16,471 nt of DNA from a virus. Location of the stretch: the IMG/VR virus record IMGVR_UViG_3300045988_135722, positions 1 to 16,471 of that record, one strand, 5' to 3'. The notes beneath the pieces are model-generated. The model saw only the letters and a list, made by a program, of their open reading frames with translations, did no database searches and had not been told where the DNA came from. A program made the translations under genes and the position numbers. Shown one piece after another: positions 7,381 to 14,926 of the stretch. Each line of letters begins with the position of its first letter. The first letter of the stretch is position 1.

Positions 7381-8121
7381 ATGAGTAGATACACAACAGA
7401 AGTTAGATATATCTGTGAATCACTAGCAGGACTTGACAAGTCGATTGGCTATTCAAATGTTAATGAAGTCATTGAAAAGTCAAGAAACAGAATTTTTCCA
7501 CCTTTTGAAATATTTGACGAAAGTTATAGGCCTGTACTTGAGACAAAGATTCTTAAACACTTTTACACCAGAGAAATCGGATGCGAAACATTCGGATTGT
7601 GGCAGTTAAGACTTGACGCTAAACTATCCGTTATTATGCCGTATTATAATAAGCTTTATAAAGCGATTAACATTGATATCCCTGTTATTGATAACGTTGA
7701 TATGAACGTTGAACACAATATAGGCAGGAATGCGGATACAAAAGTTAATGATAACACAGACATCACAGCAAGTTCTAATACAGCAACAAACACTACAGCT
7801 AGTGCAAAGATTAGACACAGCGATACACCACAAGGGAGTTTAGAGGACCTAGAAGCGAATGAGTATATGAGCGATGCAACGCTTAGTGATACAACACAGG
7901 CAGTAAACAGCAATACGAATAGCAGTAGTAACAGTAAGAGCAACAGTGACACAAACGCAAAGAGCACAGAAGAATATGCAGAGCATAGATGGGGAAAAGA
8001 GGGCACTGTAACATATATTAGCATGGTTAATGATTATATCGAAAAGATGAAAAATGTCGACGCTATGCTGATTCGTGAACTTGAAGATTTATTTATGCAA
8101 ATCTGGGATATATGGGAGTGA
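7381..8121 (+). CDS. Lower collar protein (gp11 position) with N/S/T-rich low-complexity insert
   Basis: Directly follows the portal as gp11 does in phi29. 246 aa, SD GAGAGGTGA. Assignment is mainly by synteny. Confidence 0.6.
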   Translation: MSRYTTEVRYICESLAGLDKSIGYSNVNEVIEKSRNRIFPPFEIFDESYRPVLETKILKHFYTREIGCETFGLWQLRLDAKLSVIMPYYNKLYKAINIDIPVIDNVDMNVEHNIGRNADTKVNDNTDITASSNTATNTTASAKIRHSDTPQGSLEDLEANEYMSDATLSDTTQAVNSNTNSSSNSKSNSDTNAKSTEEYAEHRWGKEGTVTYISMVNDYIEKMKNVDAMLIRELEDLFMQIWDIWE

Positions 8122-8127
8122 TTCAAT

Positions 8128-9792
8128 ATGAGTTTTAAACCTAGAAACTTTAGAGAGTGGTGTAACCATACGATTCCTGTTTTGCCACAGGTATACGGTG
8201 ATGAGTTAAGTTATTATGAGCTTTTGAATAAAGTCATTGAAAAAAGCAATGAACTTGGTGACACAATTAATGAACTTATTGAATATGTTAATCACTATTT
8301 TGACAGTTTAGACATTCAAACAATGATTGATAAAAAGCTTGATGAAATGGCACAGGATGGTACTTTAGCCAATTTGATTAACAATGTTATTTTTTCATCA
8401 TTAAATAACAGTGTAAATAAAAGGGCTATAAAACATCTTACAGCGTTAGAAATGATTAATGACACGCATATCGCCTTGAATGATGTTGTAATCACTTGTG
8501 GATATTATAAAGTCAATGATGATGGCAATGCTATGTATTATGTATTAGATGTTAATTCCGGCTATAATATCCCTCTTTCTAATGGCCTTTTTGCTTATTT
8601 TGTGGGTGATTCTGGTAGACCAGAGCAGTTTGGATGTAAAGGTGATGACAGTGACGATACTACAGGTTTAAAAAACTTGTTTAATACGTGTAAATGTGTT
8701 TCACTCACACCAAACAAAAAATACGGCTTTAGCTCAGTGCTTACAATCAAGGGTGACACATCTATTAATGGAAATTTTTCCTGCTTGCATTCTCTTATTA
8801 TAGACGTTTCAAGTGACTCTAACGATGGGCTAATTAAAATTTCTGGTGATAACTGTGTATTTACTAACATCAAATTTGACGGCGGTATGAATAATGCAGG
8901 ACAAAAAGTAAATAAACACACATATGATAAAACATCAACAAATGGCAGACCTATTCTGGATACAAATGCAGGAAATAAGCACACTAACATTTTAATAGAA
9001 AACTGTATTTTTGAAAACGCAACAGGTATGTCAATACAGCTAAATGACTGTGACAATGTAACAGTGTTAAATTGCCAGATAAGAAATAGTAATAGAGATG
9101 CAATCTTTGTAATCGGTGACGCCATAACCATTATTGGAAACATTATAGAAGATTGTGAGGATAACTACATATCGATTGACACTTCTTTCATTACACGGGA
9201 TATTAGTGGCATTGTTATAGCTCAAAATACATTAAAAAAGTCGATGACTAATACAGACCGCTATACTATTTCATCAAGTGTTGGTATTTTTGTAGGTAAT
9301 TCCGATGGAAGAACAATTACAAAATGCAATATTAATAACAATACTATTGAAAGTAATTATATTGCTGTAAAAGTTGATAATGTAAAAGAATGTAGATTAA
9401 ATGGTAATGACATAAGAAGTGGCGGACTTGGTAAAACTGTAGCAACAGATCTTTATGGTCTTTATATCAGAAAAAGTCCTAACGCATATGTTACTGATAA
9501 TCATATTATTTGTGACAGTCATACACTTTACGTCGCTAATGACTGTGACGGCATTGTTATACAATTCTGTGAAATTGTAAATGAAGATGGTAGTTCACTT
9601 AATATAATAAAGTCATATTCAAATGATGTACTTATTAGATATTCTTATTTACAAGGTGTTTTTAAACAGACTGTTTTTGACACAACTAATTTGAAACTGT
9701 TTTTGTGTGCGGCCAGTGGCAAAGAATTTACAAAGACAGCTAGAACAAACGTTGTTAAAACTGTTTTAAATTACGAAGATTTTATTAACTAA
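8128..9792 (+). CDS. Tail appendage / tailspike with right-handed parallel beta-helix (gp12 position)
   Basis: Repeated PbH1-like turns (NCIFENATGMSIQLNDCDNVTVLNCQIRNSNRDAIFVIGD..., NNNTIESNYIAVKVDNVKECRLNGNDI...) span about nt 8800-9630. The N-terminal VLPQVYGDELSYYELLNKV is a motif seen at the virion-anchoring end of many Firmicute phage fibres. Syntenic with phi29 gp12. Confidence 0.75.
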   Translation: MSFKPRNFREWCNHTIPVLPQVYGDELSYYELLNKVIEKSNELGDTINELIEYVNHYFDSLDIQTMIDKKLDEMAQDGTLANLINNVIFSSLNNSVNKRAIKHLTALEMINDTHIALNDVVITCGYYKVNDDGNAMYYVLDVNSGYNIPLSNGLFAYFVGDSGRPEQFGCKGDDSDDTTGLKNLFNTCKCVSLTPNKKYGFSSVLTIKGDTSINGNFSCLHSLIIDVSSDSNDGLIKISGDNCVFTNIKFDGGMNNAGQKVNKHTYDKTSTNGRPILDTNAGNKHTNILIENCIFENATGMSIQLNDCDNVTVLNCQIRNSNRDAIFVIGDAITIIGNIIEDCEDNYISIDTSFITRDISGIVIAQNTLKKSMTNTDRYTISSSVGIFVGNSDGRTITKCNINNNTIESNYIAVKVDNVKECRLNGNDIRSGGLGKTVATDLYGLYIRKSPNAYVTDNHIICDSHTLYVANDCDGIVIQFCEIVNEDGSSLNIIKSYSNDVLIRYSYLQGVFKQTVFDTTNLKLFLCAASGKEFTKTARTNVVKTVLNYEDFIN

Positions 9793-9809
9793 TGTTTCAC
9801 GTGAAACAT
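9792..9809. repeat. 18-bp perfect palindrome ATGTTTCACGTGAAACAT, copy 1
   Basis: Read directly. It starts on the last base of the appendage stop codon. An identical copy lies at 14490-14507. Confidence 0.9.
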
Positions 9810-9813
9810 AATA

Positions 9814-9843
9814 AAGGGAGTCTTTTTGGACTCCCTTATTTTT
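9814..9843. terminator. Bidirectional intrinsic terminator at the late/early convergence point
   Basis: AAGGGAGTC (9814-9822) and GACTCCCTT (9829-9837) pair with a 6-nt loop, then ATTTTTAG on the plus strand. The minus strand has the same stem followed by UAUUAUGUUU. Confidence 0.8.
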
Positions 9844-9976
9844 AGTTTGCTAATGCTATGCACAAAAGCAGTGAATAAACGCACATTATAAAAAACAATG
9901 TTAAATCATTGAACAGTCTGGCACTTATGGCTGATACCATGACAAGTGCAAAAAACAAATTAAGTGTATTAGTCAT
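9842..9976 (-). CDS. 44-aa hydrophobic protein (two predicted TM segments), not in ORF track
   Basis: Hand translation: MTNTLNLFFALVMVSAISARLFNDLTLFFIMCVYSLLLCIALAN. SD GAGGAGGG lies 10 nt upstream. The ATG directly follows the TAA of the upstream ORF. Confidence 0.5.
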   Translation of the reverse strand: MTNTLNLFFALVMVSAISARLFNDLTLFFIMCVYSLLLCIALAN

Positions 9977-10207
9977 TTAAATGGAACCCTCCTCATGCAA
10001 TAATACGCATAAGGCGTCATTTTCAATTGCAAGACGAAATACATGCTTGTTTGCGAGTTCTTGATGTTTAATAACTAATTTCTTAAAATCCTGTGCAGTT
10101 ACAGGGGTTGTACTTTGAAGTATTGATAGTTCTTTGCTATACCATATATTAGCACAAACTTTTACTTTTCCGCGATTCAGTGCGATGCACAAATCTTTAA
10201 CTGTCAT
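9977..10207 (-). CDS. Hypothetical protein, 76 aa
   Basis: SD AAGGAGA upstream. TAATG overlap with the upstream Cys-rich ORF. No recognisable motif. Confidence 0.6.
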   Translation of the reverse strand: MTVKDLCIALNRGKVKVCANIWYSKELSILQSTTPVTAQDFKKLVIKHQELANKHVFRLAIENDALCVLLHEEGSI

Positions 10208-10386
10208 TATTTCTTTCTCCTTTTCTTCATTCTCCTACATGCTTCACTAACGTATGCTTTATGGTTTGAATCATTATATTCAGCAACAGACGCTTTCATT
10301 ATTTCATATCTGTACTGAAAGTATTCTTCGCAAGCTGAATGGCAATTTAAACATCTTTCTCTACAATCTTTACAGGGTGTTTTCAT
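10207..10386 (-). CDS. 59-aa Cys-rich, basic-tailed protein (putative zinc ribbon), not in ORF track
   Basis: Hand translation: MKTPCKDCRERCLNCHSACEEYFQYRYEIMKASVAEYNDSNHKAYVSEACRRMKKRRKK. It has CxxC-x4-CxxC-x3-C. Strong SD AAAGGGAGGGAGTG. Stop overlaps the next start (TAATG). Confidence 0.6.
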   Translation of the reverse strand: MKTPCKDCRERCLNCHSACEEYFQYRYEIMKASVAEYNDSNHKAYVSEACRRMKKRRKK

Positions 10387-10390
10387 ATTA

Positions 10391-10600
10391 TCACTCCCTC
10401 CCTTTAATATATAACATTATGAACACAATAGTCCACCATATAATTATTGCACCAGCTACGCCAATAATTACAATCATATCTGGTCTTAAAGTGAGTAAAT
10501 ATAGTAGGAATACCAGAAACAGCAATATTAGAACTAAAACGCTGATAAACACAAACTTTTCAAACTTTTTATTTTCAAACTTTTTAAGCAATTTTTTCAC
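10391..10600 (-). CDS. Small membrane protein, 2 TM segments
   Basis: A K-rich N-terminus is followed by VFISVLVLILLFLVFLLYLL and MIVIIGVAGAIIIWWTIVFIMLYI. The start is uncertain: GTG at 10600, or TTG at 10591 downstream of GGTAGGTGA. Confidence 0.55.
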   Translation of the reverse strand: MKKLLKKFENKKFEKFVFISVLVLILLFLVFLLYLLTLRPDMIVIIGVAGAIIIWWTIVFIMLYIKGRE

Positions 10601-10756
10601 CTACCATTTATAAGAATAATTAACGCCCTGTGAACTTTTTCTATTTTTAAAATAAGGAACTTTTTTAGCTTTTCTAATGTTCCTGCAAACTGTATACCAG
10701 TCAAGTGTAAATTTTTTTACTTCAGAATCATTCATTCCGAAAACAATTCTTTGCAT
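10601..10756 (-). CDS. 51-aa basic hypothetical protein, not in ORF track
   Basis: Hand translation: MQRIVFGMNDSEVKKFTLDWYTVCRNIRKAKKVPYFKNRKSSQGVNYSYKW. TAATG overlap with the dUTPase stop. SD GGGGTGA. Confidence 0.45.
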   Translation of the reverse strand: MQRIVFGMNDSEVKKFTLDWYTVCRNIRKAKKVPYFKNRKSSQGVNYSYKW

Positions 10757-11301
10757 TATCTCACCCCGCTTGAACCAAAACCATTTCTATCATTATCTGT
10801 TAAATCTTCCACTTCAACCAGTTCAATCTCTGGCTGATTTCTTACAATTTTAAACTGTGCAATTCTATCGCCTCTTGTTATCACAGTATCTTCAACAGCA
10901 TATGCAGGAAAACACCATTCATCATTTCTACCACAATATGAATTATCAATGATTCCCATACTGTTAGTCATTAAGACATGATATTTTCTGAAAGTTGATG
11001 AACGTGGTAATACGTGTGCTTCATATCCTTTTGGTAGTTTCATTGCAACCCCTAACGGGATGTTAACATATTCACCTCTTTTAATGTGTACTGTTTTACC
11101 TGCTTTTAAATCAATCCAATCGCCAAGGGCATATTTTTCTGGTAGGACTGAATTAAAATACCCATGATTCTTTGCTAATACTCTAATTTTTTTCGCATGT
11201 AAAGAATAGCTTTCTACAGCTTCTTTGATAGACAGAACATCGTGATATAGATAAGGCAGTTCTTCATATGTAAGAGAACAGTTTTCTTTAGTTTTTTTCA
11301 T
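10756..11301 (-). CDS. dut: Trimeric-type dUTP diphosphatase with ~45-aa N-terminal extension
   Basis: Canonical motifs in order: LPRSS (II), GIIDNSYCG (III), GDRIAQ (IV), RNGFGSSG (V). SD AAGGAG lies 8 nt before the ATG at 11301. The track start 11310 is GTG. Confidence 0.85.
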   Translation of the reverse strand: MKKTKENCSLTYEELPYLYHDVLSIKEAVESYSLHAKKIRVLAKNHGYFNSVLPEKYALGDWIDLKAGKTVHIKRGEYVNIPLGVAMKLPKGYEAHVLPRSSTFRKYHVLMTNSMGIIDNSYCGRNDEWCFPAYAVEDTVITRGDRIAQFKIVRNQPEIELVEVEDLTDNDRNGFGSSGVR

Positions 11302-11578
11302 ATAATTCACTCCTTAATACATTAATATATTTTTCTACAAATGCTTTATAAAATAAATCTGCATCATAATATGTATATGAATTCATCAATATTTTTAAAG
11401 CGTTTTCCAACTTATTCATTCTTATTACACGCTTAATTGCAAGCAACGCCTGCTTTGCGTCATAAACTCTAATGTATTCGTTGAAATCTTCATCTAGCAT
11501 AGTGTAAATATCTTTTCTTATTTGACTGTCTGATTTACCGCATTTGATACGTTGATTCAACAAGTAAAACACCTCCAT
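11288..11578 (-). CDS. Hypothetical protein (up to 96 aa; start uncertain)
   Basis: The ORF overlaps the polymerase 3' end by 44 nt and has no clear SD. An internal ATG at 11500 is an alternative start. No motif recognised. Confidence 0.5.
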   Translation of the reverse strand: MEVFYLLNQRIKCGKSDSQIRKDIYTMLDEDFNEYIRVYDAKQALLAIKRVIRMNKLENALKILMNSYTYYDADLFYKAFVEKYINVLRSELYEKN

Positions 11579-13505
11579 CTATTCTTTTAGGAATTAATTT
11601 ACATGGTATATTTAAGCCGATTTTAAAATCATCAAAAGTCCTAATAATAGGATCATGTGTGACTTGGTTAAAAAGAAATCTGTTCACTGGTGTATTTTCT
11701 TTGTATTCTTCATACACAGCTTTTCCAGACATTGACAATTCAAACAAGTCTTTGCATCGCTGTGGCATCCCTGCACACTTAATATTGTTGTACGGTTCTT
11801 CTATCTTCTGCAAATCTTCATGCGTAACGTGTTCAATGTATGTTTTCTGTCTTGCAAAAATAGCCTTATCCCAACAGGACTCTAGTTTCCATGCACAGAA
11901 ATCAGTTTCATGCACTTTAATTCCTGTAATCTGCTCTGGTGGTAAGTCACAGTGAATACTGTCTGTATCTGCATAGATGAATCCATGTTCTTCAACGCCA
12001 TAATAGTTTGCTTGAGCGGCTCTTATTGTAAAGTTTCTGGCATAACTTGTGATAGCTGAACCGACAGGGATATAACCTGCTTCTTTATCTTTAGCCGTAA
12101 TGTTAATAAACCCTATTGAGTTATCATCATTAACATACGCTAATTTAAATGATGAATCAGTGGATGAAGCCATCTTACCATACAAGTTGTTTAAAAATAA
12201 CTTTGCAAGTGTACGTCTTGCTCCCTTGCTATTCATTTTTATTTTTGCGTATTTATCGATATATTCATCAAATATACCGACTTCTGAACGAAAGTAACAC
12301 CCGTCAAGAATTTCAAAGTCAACAAGTTCATAATGTTCAAGAATAAGAAAGTAATCTGTCATAGTCAATGTTAGTTCTACTCTTGTATCACAGGTTTTAC
12401 CGTCAATGTCTATGTACTTATCATAGTACTTACCAGTAGCTTTGTCAAACACATCAGACGTTTGTAAAGACTCTGTGCCCTTGTATAACAGATTTCCTTT
12501 TATCTGAATGAATGGCAACTTACTTTTTTTCAAATAAAATTTTGTTTTTATTCTTACGAAGAAGTACATATTGCTTTGCAACGCTCTGTCTGGTATAAAG
12601 TTACCAGTCCAAAACATCGGCTTTCCAACAGGGTATCTATTGCCCGACATAGAGTGCATCATAGATGGATACAAAGAATTTACATCCGCTGTAGTTCCGT
12701 TCGTGTATATCTTGTTTTCTTTTCCTTTTACAAGATAGCACCAACCACCTCTATACGACTTTCTTATGTAGGAATCAACATTTGACTTACCATATATCTC
12801 AGAATCTAGTTCCAATTGTGTAACGTCTGGAAATCTTCTTTTCCAATCATCTTCACCAACTATTTGTTTATATTCAGCTAGACAACAACTCCCTATTGTT
12901 AGTCGATTATGCCCCTCTTGAAAAACAATCTCTAAAGCTTCTTTAACAACCAGAACATCATTAGCTATGTACTTTTTTTCCTCTGGTTTAATTTCACAGC
13001 CGGCATAACGAAAACCTGTATATTTCATATCAAGTTTCTGATGTTTAGTTTTAAAGGTTTTTCCTATTTCTTTAACAGAGAATGGCAGTAACTTAAGTGA
13101 ATCACGAAATTCTATAACCTTATTATTTATCTTGACTTTGATGCTATACCATTGCCCCATTTCAGAAATAGTGTACTTGAACGTGTTGTTATACATTTCT
13201 TTGTCGTGTTTCCATTCACAAGAGTTAACACCATCGCCAGTATATGCTTGTTTGAAATGTAGTTTATTCATAAAAAATGACAACCAAAAATTACCGTCAA
13301 ATTTTAGATTATGAAAGTAAACTATCAGATTAGATTTTAAACTGCTTAAATATTCCCAGGTTTCATCTATTGAATGTAATATAGAAACATCTTCCGTGAA
13401 CATTTCTACAATGGCAGATGCCCAAACCTCTGTATTTTTCTGGTCCTCATAGACTGTCGTTTCAAAGTCACCGACCAGATACTTTACTTTTTTAGGCCTT
13501 GCCAT
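11535..13505 (-). CDS. Protein-primed family-B DNA polymerase (phi29 gp2-like)
   Basis: Exo I DFETT, Exo II YFHNLKFDGNF, Exo III YIANDVLV, motif A DVNSLYPS, motif B KLFLNNLYGK, motif C YADTDS, and KxY QKTYI. The long A-B (~155 aa) and B-C (~65 aa) spacers fall where phi29 carries TPR1 and TPR2. SD GGGTGGTGA precedes the ATG at 13505, which is 5 nt after the TP stop. The track start is 13532. Confidence 0.95.
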   Translation of the reverse strand: MARPKKVKYLVGDFETTVYEDQKNTEVWASAIVEMFTEDVSILHSIDETWEYLSSLKSNLIVYFHNLKFDGNFWLSFFMNKLHFKQAYTGDGVNSCEWKHDKEMYNNTFKYTISEMGQWYSIKVKINNKVIEFRDSLKLLPFSVKEIGKTFKTKHQKLDMKYTGFRYAGCEIKPEEKKYIANDVLVVKEALEIVFQEGHNRLTIGSCCLAEYKQIVGEDDWKRRFPDVTQLELDSEIYGKSNVDSYIRKSYRGGWCYLVKGKENKIYTNGTTADVNSLYPSMMHSMSGNRYPVGKPMFWTGNFIPDRALQSNMYFFVRIKTKFYLKKSKLPFIQIKGNLLYKGTESLQTSDVFDKATGKYYDKYIDIDGKTCDTRVELTLTMTDYFLILEHYELVDFEILDGCYFRSEVGIFDEYIDKYAKIKMNSKGARRTLAKLFLNNLYGKMASSTDSSFKLAYVNDDNSIGFINITAKDKEAGYIPVGSAITSYARNFTIRAAQANYYGVEEHGFIYADTDSIHCDLPPEQITGIKVHETDFCAWKLESCWDKAIFARQKTYIEHVTHEDLQKIEEPYNNIKCAGMPQRCKDLFELSMSGKAVYEEYKENTPVNRFLFNQVTHDPIIRTFDDFKIGLNIPCKLIPKRIDGGVLLVESTYQMR

Positions 13506-13509
13506 ACTA

Positions 13510-14217
13510 TCACCACCCGTTTTCTGTCTCATTCATTGAATCAACCTGCACTTTTTCTTCAAACGTCAATGGAGAACCATTGATTATTTGAAGTAGTTCG
13601 TCTGTGGCTTGGTTTATAACTGCAACTGATGAACCCCACAAAACAGCTGAAACTATAACGTCTATGTCATTCATTGTTCTTGAAGCTTCGACTAATCTCC
13701 TGCCAACCTCAGATGCACCTATATCATTAATCATATTCAACAGGAATGACTGCATACTTCTTGAATATGAAATTGCCTCTTTTCGCCTGCTTCTGCTCAA
13801 ATCAACAGATTTGCTCAATGAAGATGTGAAGTCTACAGCTACTTTTTGATATTCTTCTTCTCTTCTTTTGCGCTCACGTTCTATTTCTTCGTCTGATGCA
13901 TCTTTGTAACCGTAAAATAAATCTTCCTCTTTTGGTGTTAATGCACCATATCTAGCCAAAAATTCATCATTAAAATTGCTAAAAGCTATATCCTCTTCGT
14001 GTGGGATATTTACTTCTGCTTTAAGGGCTTCTACATCAATCTTTTTTAACTTATTGACATAAGCTCGAAGTGCTTTACCTGCAAAACCTTTTGCTTTAAT
14101 CTGACGCAAAGTTGGTATGTTTGTTGGAACATACTGTACACCCTGTTTTTTAAGCTTACGTTCAAGACGTTTTATTCGGTTTCGCTCTCGCTCATATGCT
14201 GTTAATTTTTTACTCAT
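13510..14217 (-). CDS. Terminal protein (replication primer), gp3 position
   Basis: 235 aa, immediately upstream of and coupled to the protein-primed polymerase. Very basic N-terminus (KRLERKLKKQG...) and an acidic middle, the same layout as phi29 TP. ITRs imply a TP. No strict motif exists. Confidence 0.7.
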   Translation of the reverse strand: MSKKLTAYERERNRIKRLERKLKKQGVQYVPTNIPTLRQIKAKGFAGKALRAYVNKLKKIDVEALKAEVNIPHEEDIAFSNFNDEFLARYGALTPKEEDLFYGYKDASDEEIERERKRREEEYQKVAVDFTSSLSKSVDLSRSRRKEAISYSRSMQSFLLNMINDIGASEVGRRLVEASRTMNDIDVIVSAVLWGSSVAVINQATDELLQIINGSPLTFEEKVQVDSMNETENGW

Positions 14218-14236
14218 GTTACACCTCTACAACATT

Positions 14237-14464
14237 CTAGATTACCAGAGTTAAAAAACCACCATCATCTATAAAGTAAAGAATATTACATTCGTAATAT
14301 GGAATCCAATTAGACGATATTATACGCTCATTGGATAAAATATAGTTTTCGTTAGTATCTGATAAATTCAAATAAACCTTATCGTCACAACCTGCTAGAA
14401 ATAACTGTATTATATCACAAACTTTCACTTCACATTTTCTATCAAACAATTCGTCAAAGCACAT
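14237..14464 (-). CDS. Hypothetical 75-aa protein at the position of phi29 gene 4
   Basis: SD GGAGGTGG lies 9 nt before the ATG at 14464. The track start 14485 lies upstream of that SD. Sequence MCFDELFDRKCEVKVCDIIQ...; no motif recognised. Confidence 0.6.
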   Translation of the reverse strand: MCFDELFDRKCEVKVCDIIQLFLAGCDDKVYLNLSDTNENYILSNERIISSNWIPYYECNILYFIDDGGFLTLVI

Positions 14465-14489
14465 TTTTTTCGCCACCTCCTGCATAAAT

Positions 14490-14507
14490 ATGTTTCACGT
14501 GAAACAT
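14490..14507. repeat. 18-bp perfect palindrome ATGTTTCACGTGAAACAT, copy 2
   Basis: Identical to 9792-9809. It lies 26-43 nt upstream of the ORF75 ATG and directly downstream (minus sense) of the 14507-14561 hairpin. Confidence 0.9.
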
Positions 14508-14561
14508 TAAATAAGTAATAATGACGCTCACTGTATGTCGTGAGCGCCTATACTTATTTAA
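14507..14561 (-). terminator. Long composite hairpin after the SSB gene: putative attenuating terminator or processing site
   Basis: Outer 11-bp stem TTAAATAAGTA (14507-14517) / TACTTATTTAA (14551-14561). Inner GC stem CGCTCAC (14525-14531) / GTGAGCG (14540-14546) with an 8-nt loop. On the minus RNA the inner stem is followed by UCAUUAUUACUUAUUU. Confidence 0.4.
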
Positions 14562-14575
14562 TTTACTGTTGTTAC

Positions 14576-14926
14576 TTATAAGCTGTCAATGTCAAGGACG
14601 CAATCAACGTACTTGCGACCTGCTTTTGACTGTCCTGAGATTTTCTTAACAGGAAATGGGAATTCCTGCATTACAGACTCGATGTCTTTAATGCTTCTTT
14701 TGAATGTAACAGATTGCGTGCTAAACACAGTGTTGTCTGTAGTAATAATTGACATCAATTCTGCTGTAGTGCCATCGTCCTTTTTGTCAATGAACTCAAT
14801 GTATCCTGCAACGTTAATAACATCGCCATCTGACAGAGTCTTTACTGTCCTAATGGTCGGGGCTGTGGTCATCAGGTATCTTTCTACTGCTGTAAATTCC
14901 TTAGTTGTGTTTGTGATTGTAATCAT
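14576..14926 (-). CDS. Putative ssDNA-binding protein, phi29 p5-like
   Basis: 116 aa versus 124 aa. LSDGDVINVAGYIEF...TTAELMSIITTDNTVFSTQS...KISGQSKAGRKYVDCVL parallels p5 LPDGTIIEANAIAQY...ETVTTIFAADGSLYSAIS...VVQGTSSKGNVFFSLQL (recalled). It lies between the p6-like gene and the TP, as in phi29. Confidence 0.5.
   Translation of the reverse strand: MITITNTTKEFTAVERYLMTTAPTIRTVKTLSDGDVINVAGYIEFIDKKDDGTTAELMSIITTDNTVFSTQSVTFKRSIKDIESVMQEFPFPVKKISGQSKAGRKYVDCVLDIDSL

Noticed and set aside
7656-8024. 122-aa minus-strand ORF with a poly-Leu run.
   Set aside because: It is the mirror image of the AAC/AGC codon repeats of the lower-collar low-complexity insert, and has no translation signals.
8595-9143. 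182-aa minus-strand ORF inside the appendage gene.
   Set aside because: It is antisense to a gene with clear beta-helix repeats. It has no SD and lies opposite to all flanking transcription. This is a typical AT-rich antisense open frame.
10254-10613. 119-aa plus-strand ORF.
   Set aside because: It is antisense to three consecutive SD-preceded, translationally coupled minus-strand ORFs, and its orientation opposes the whole early block.
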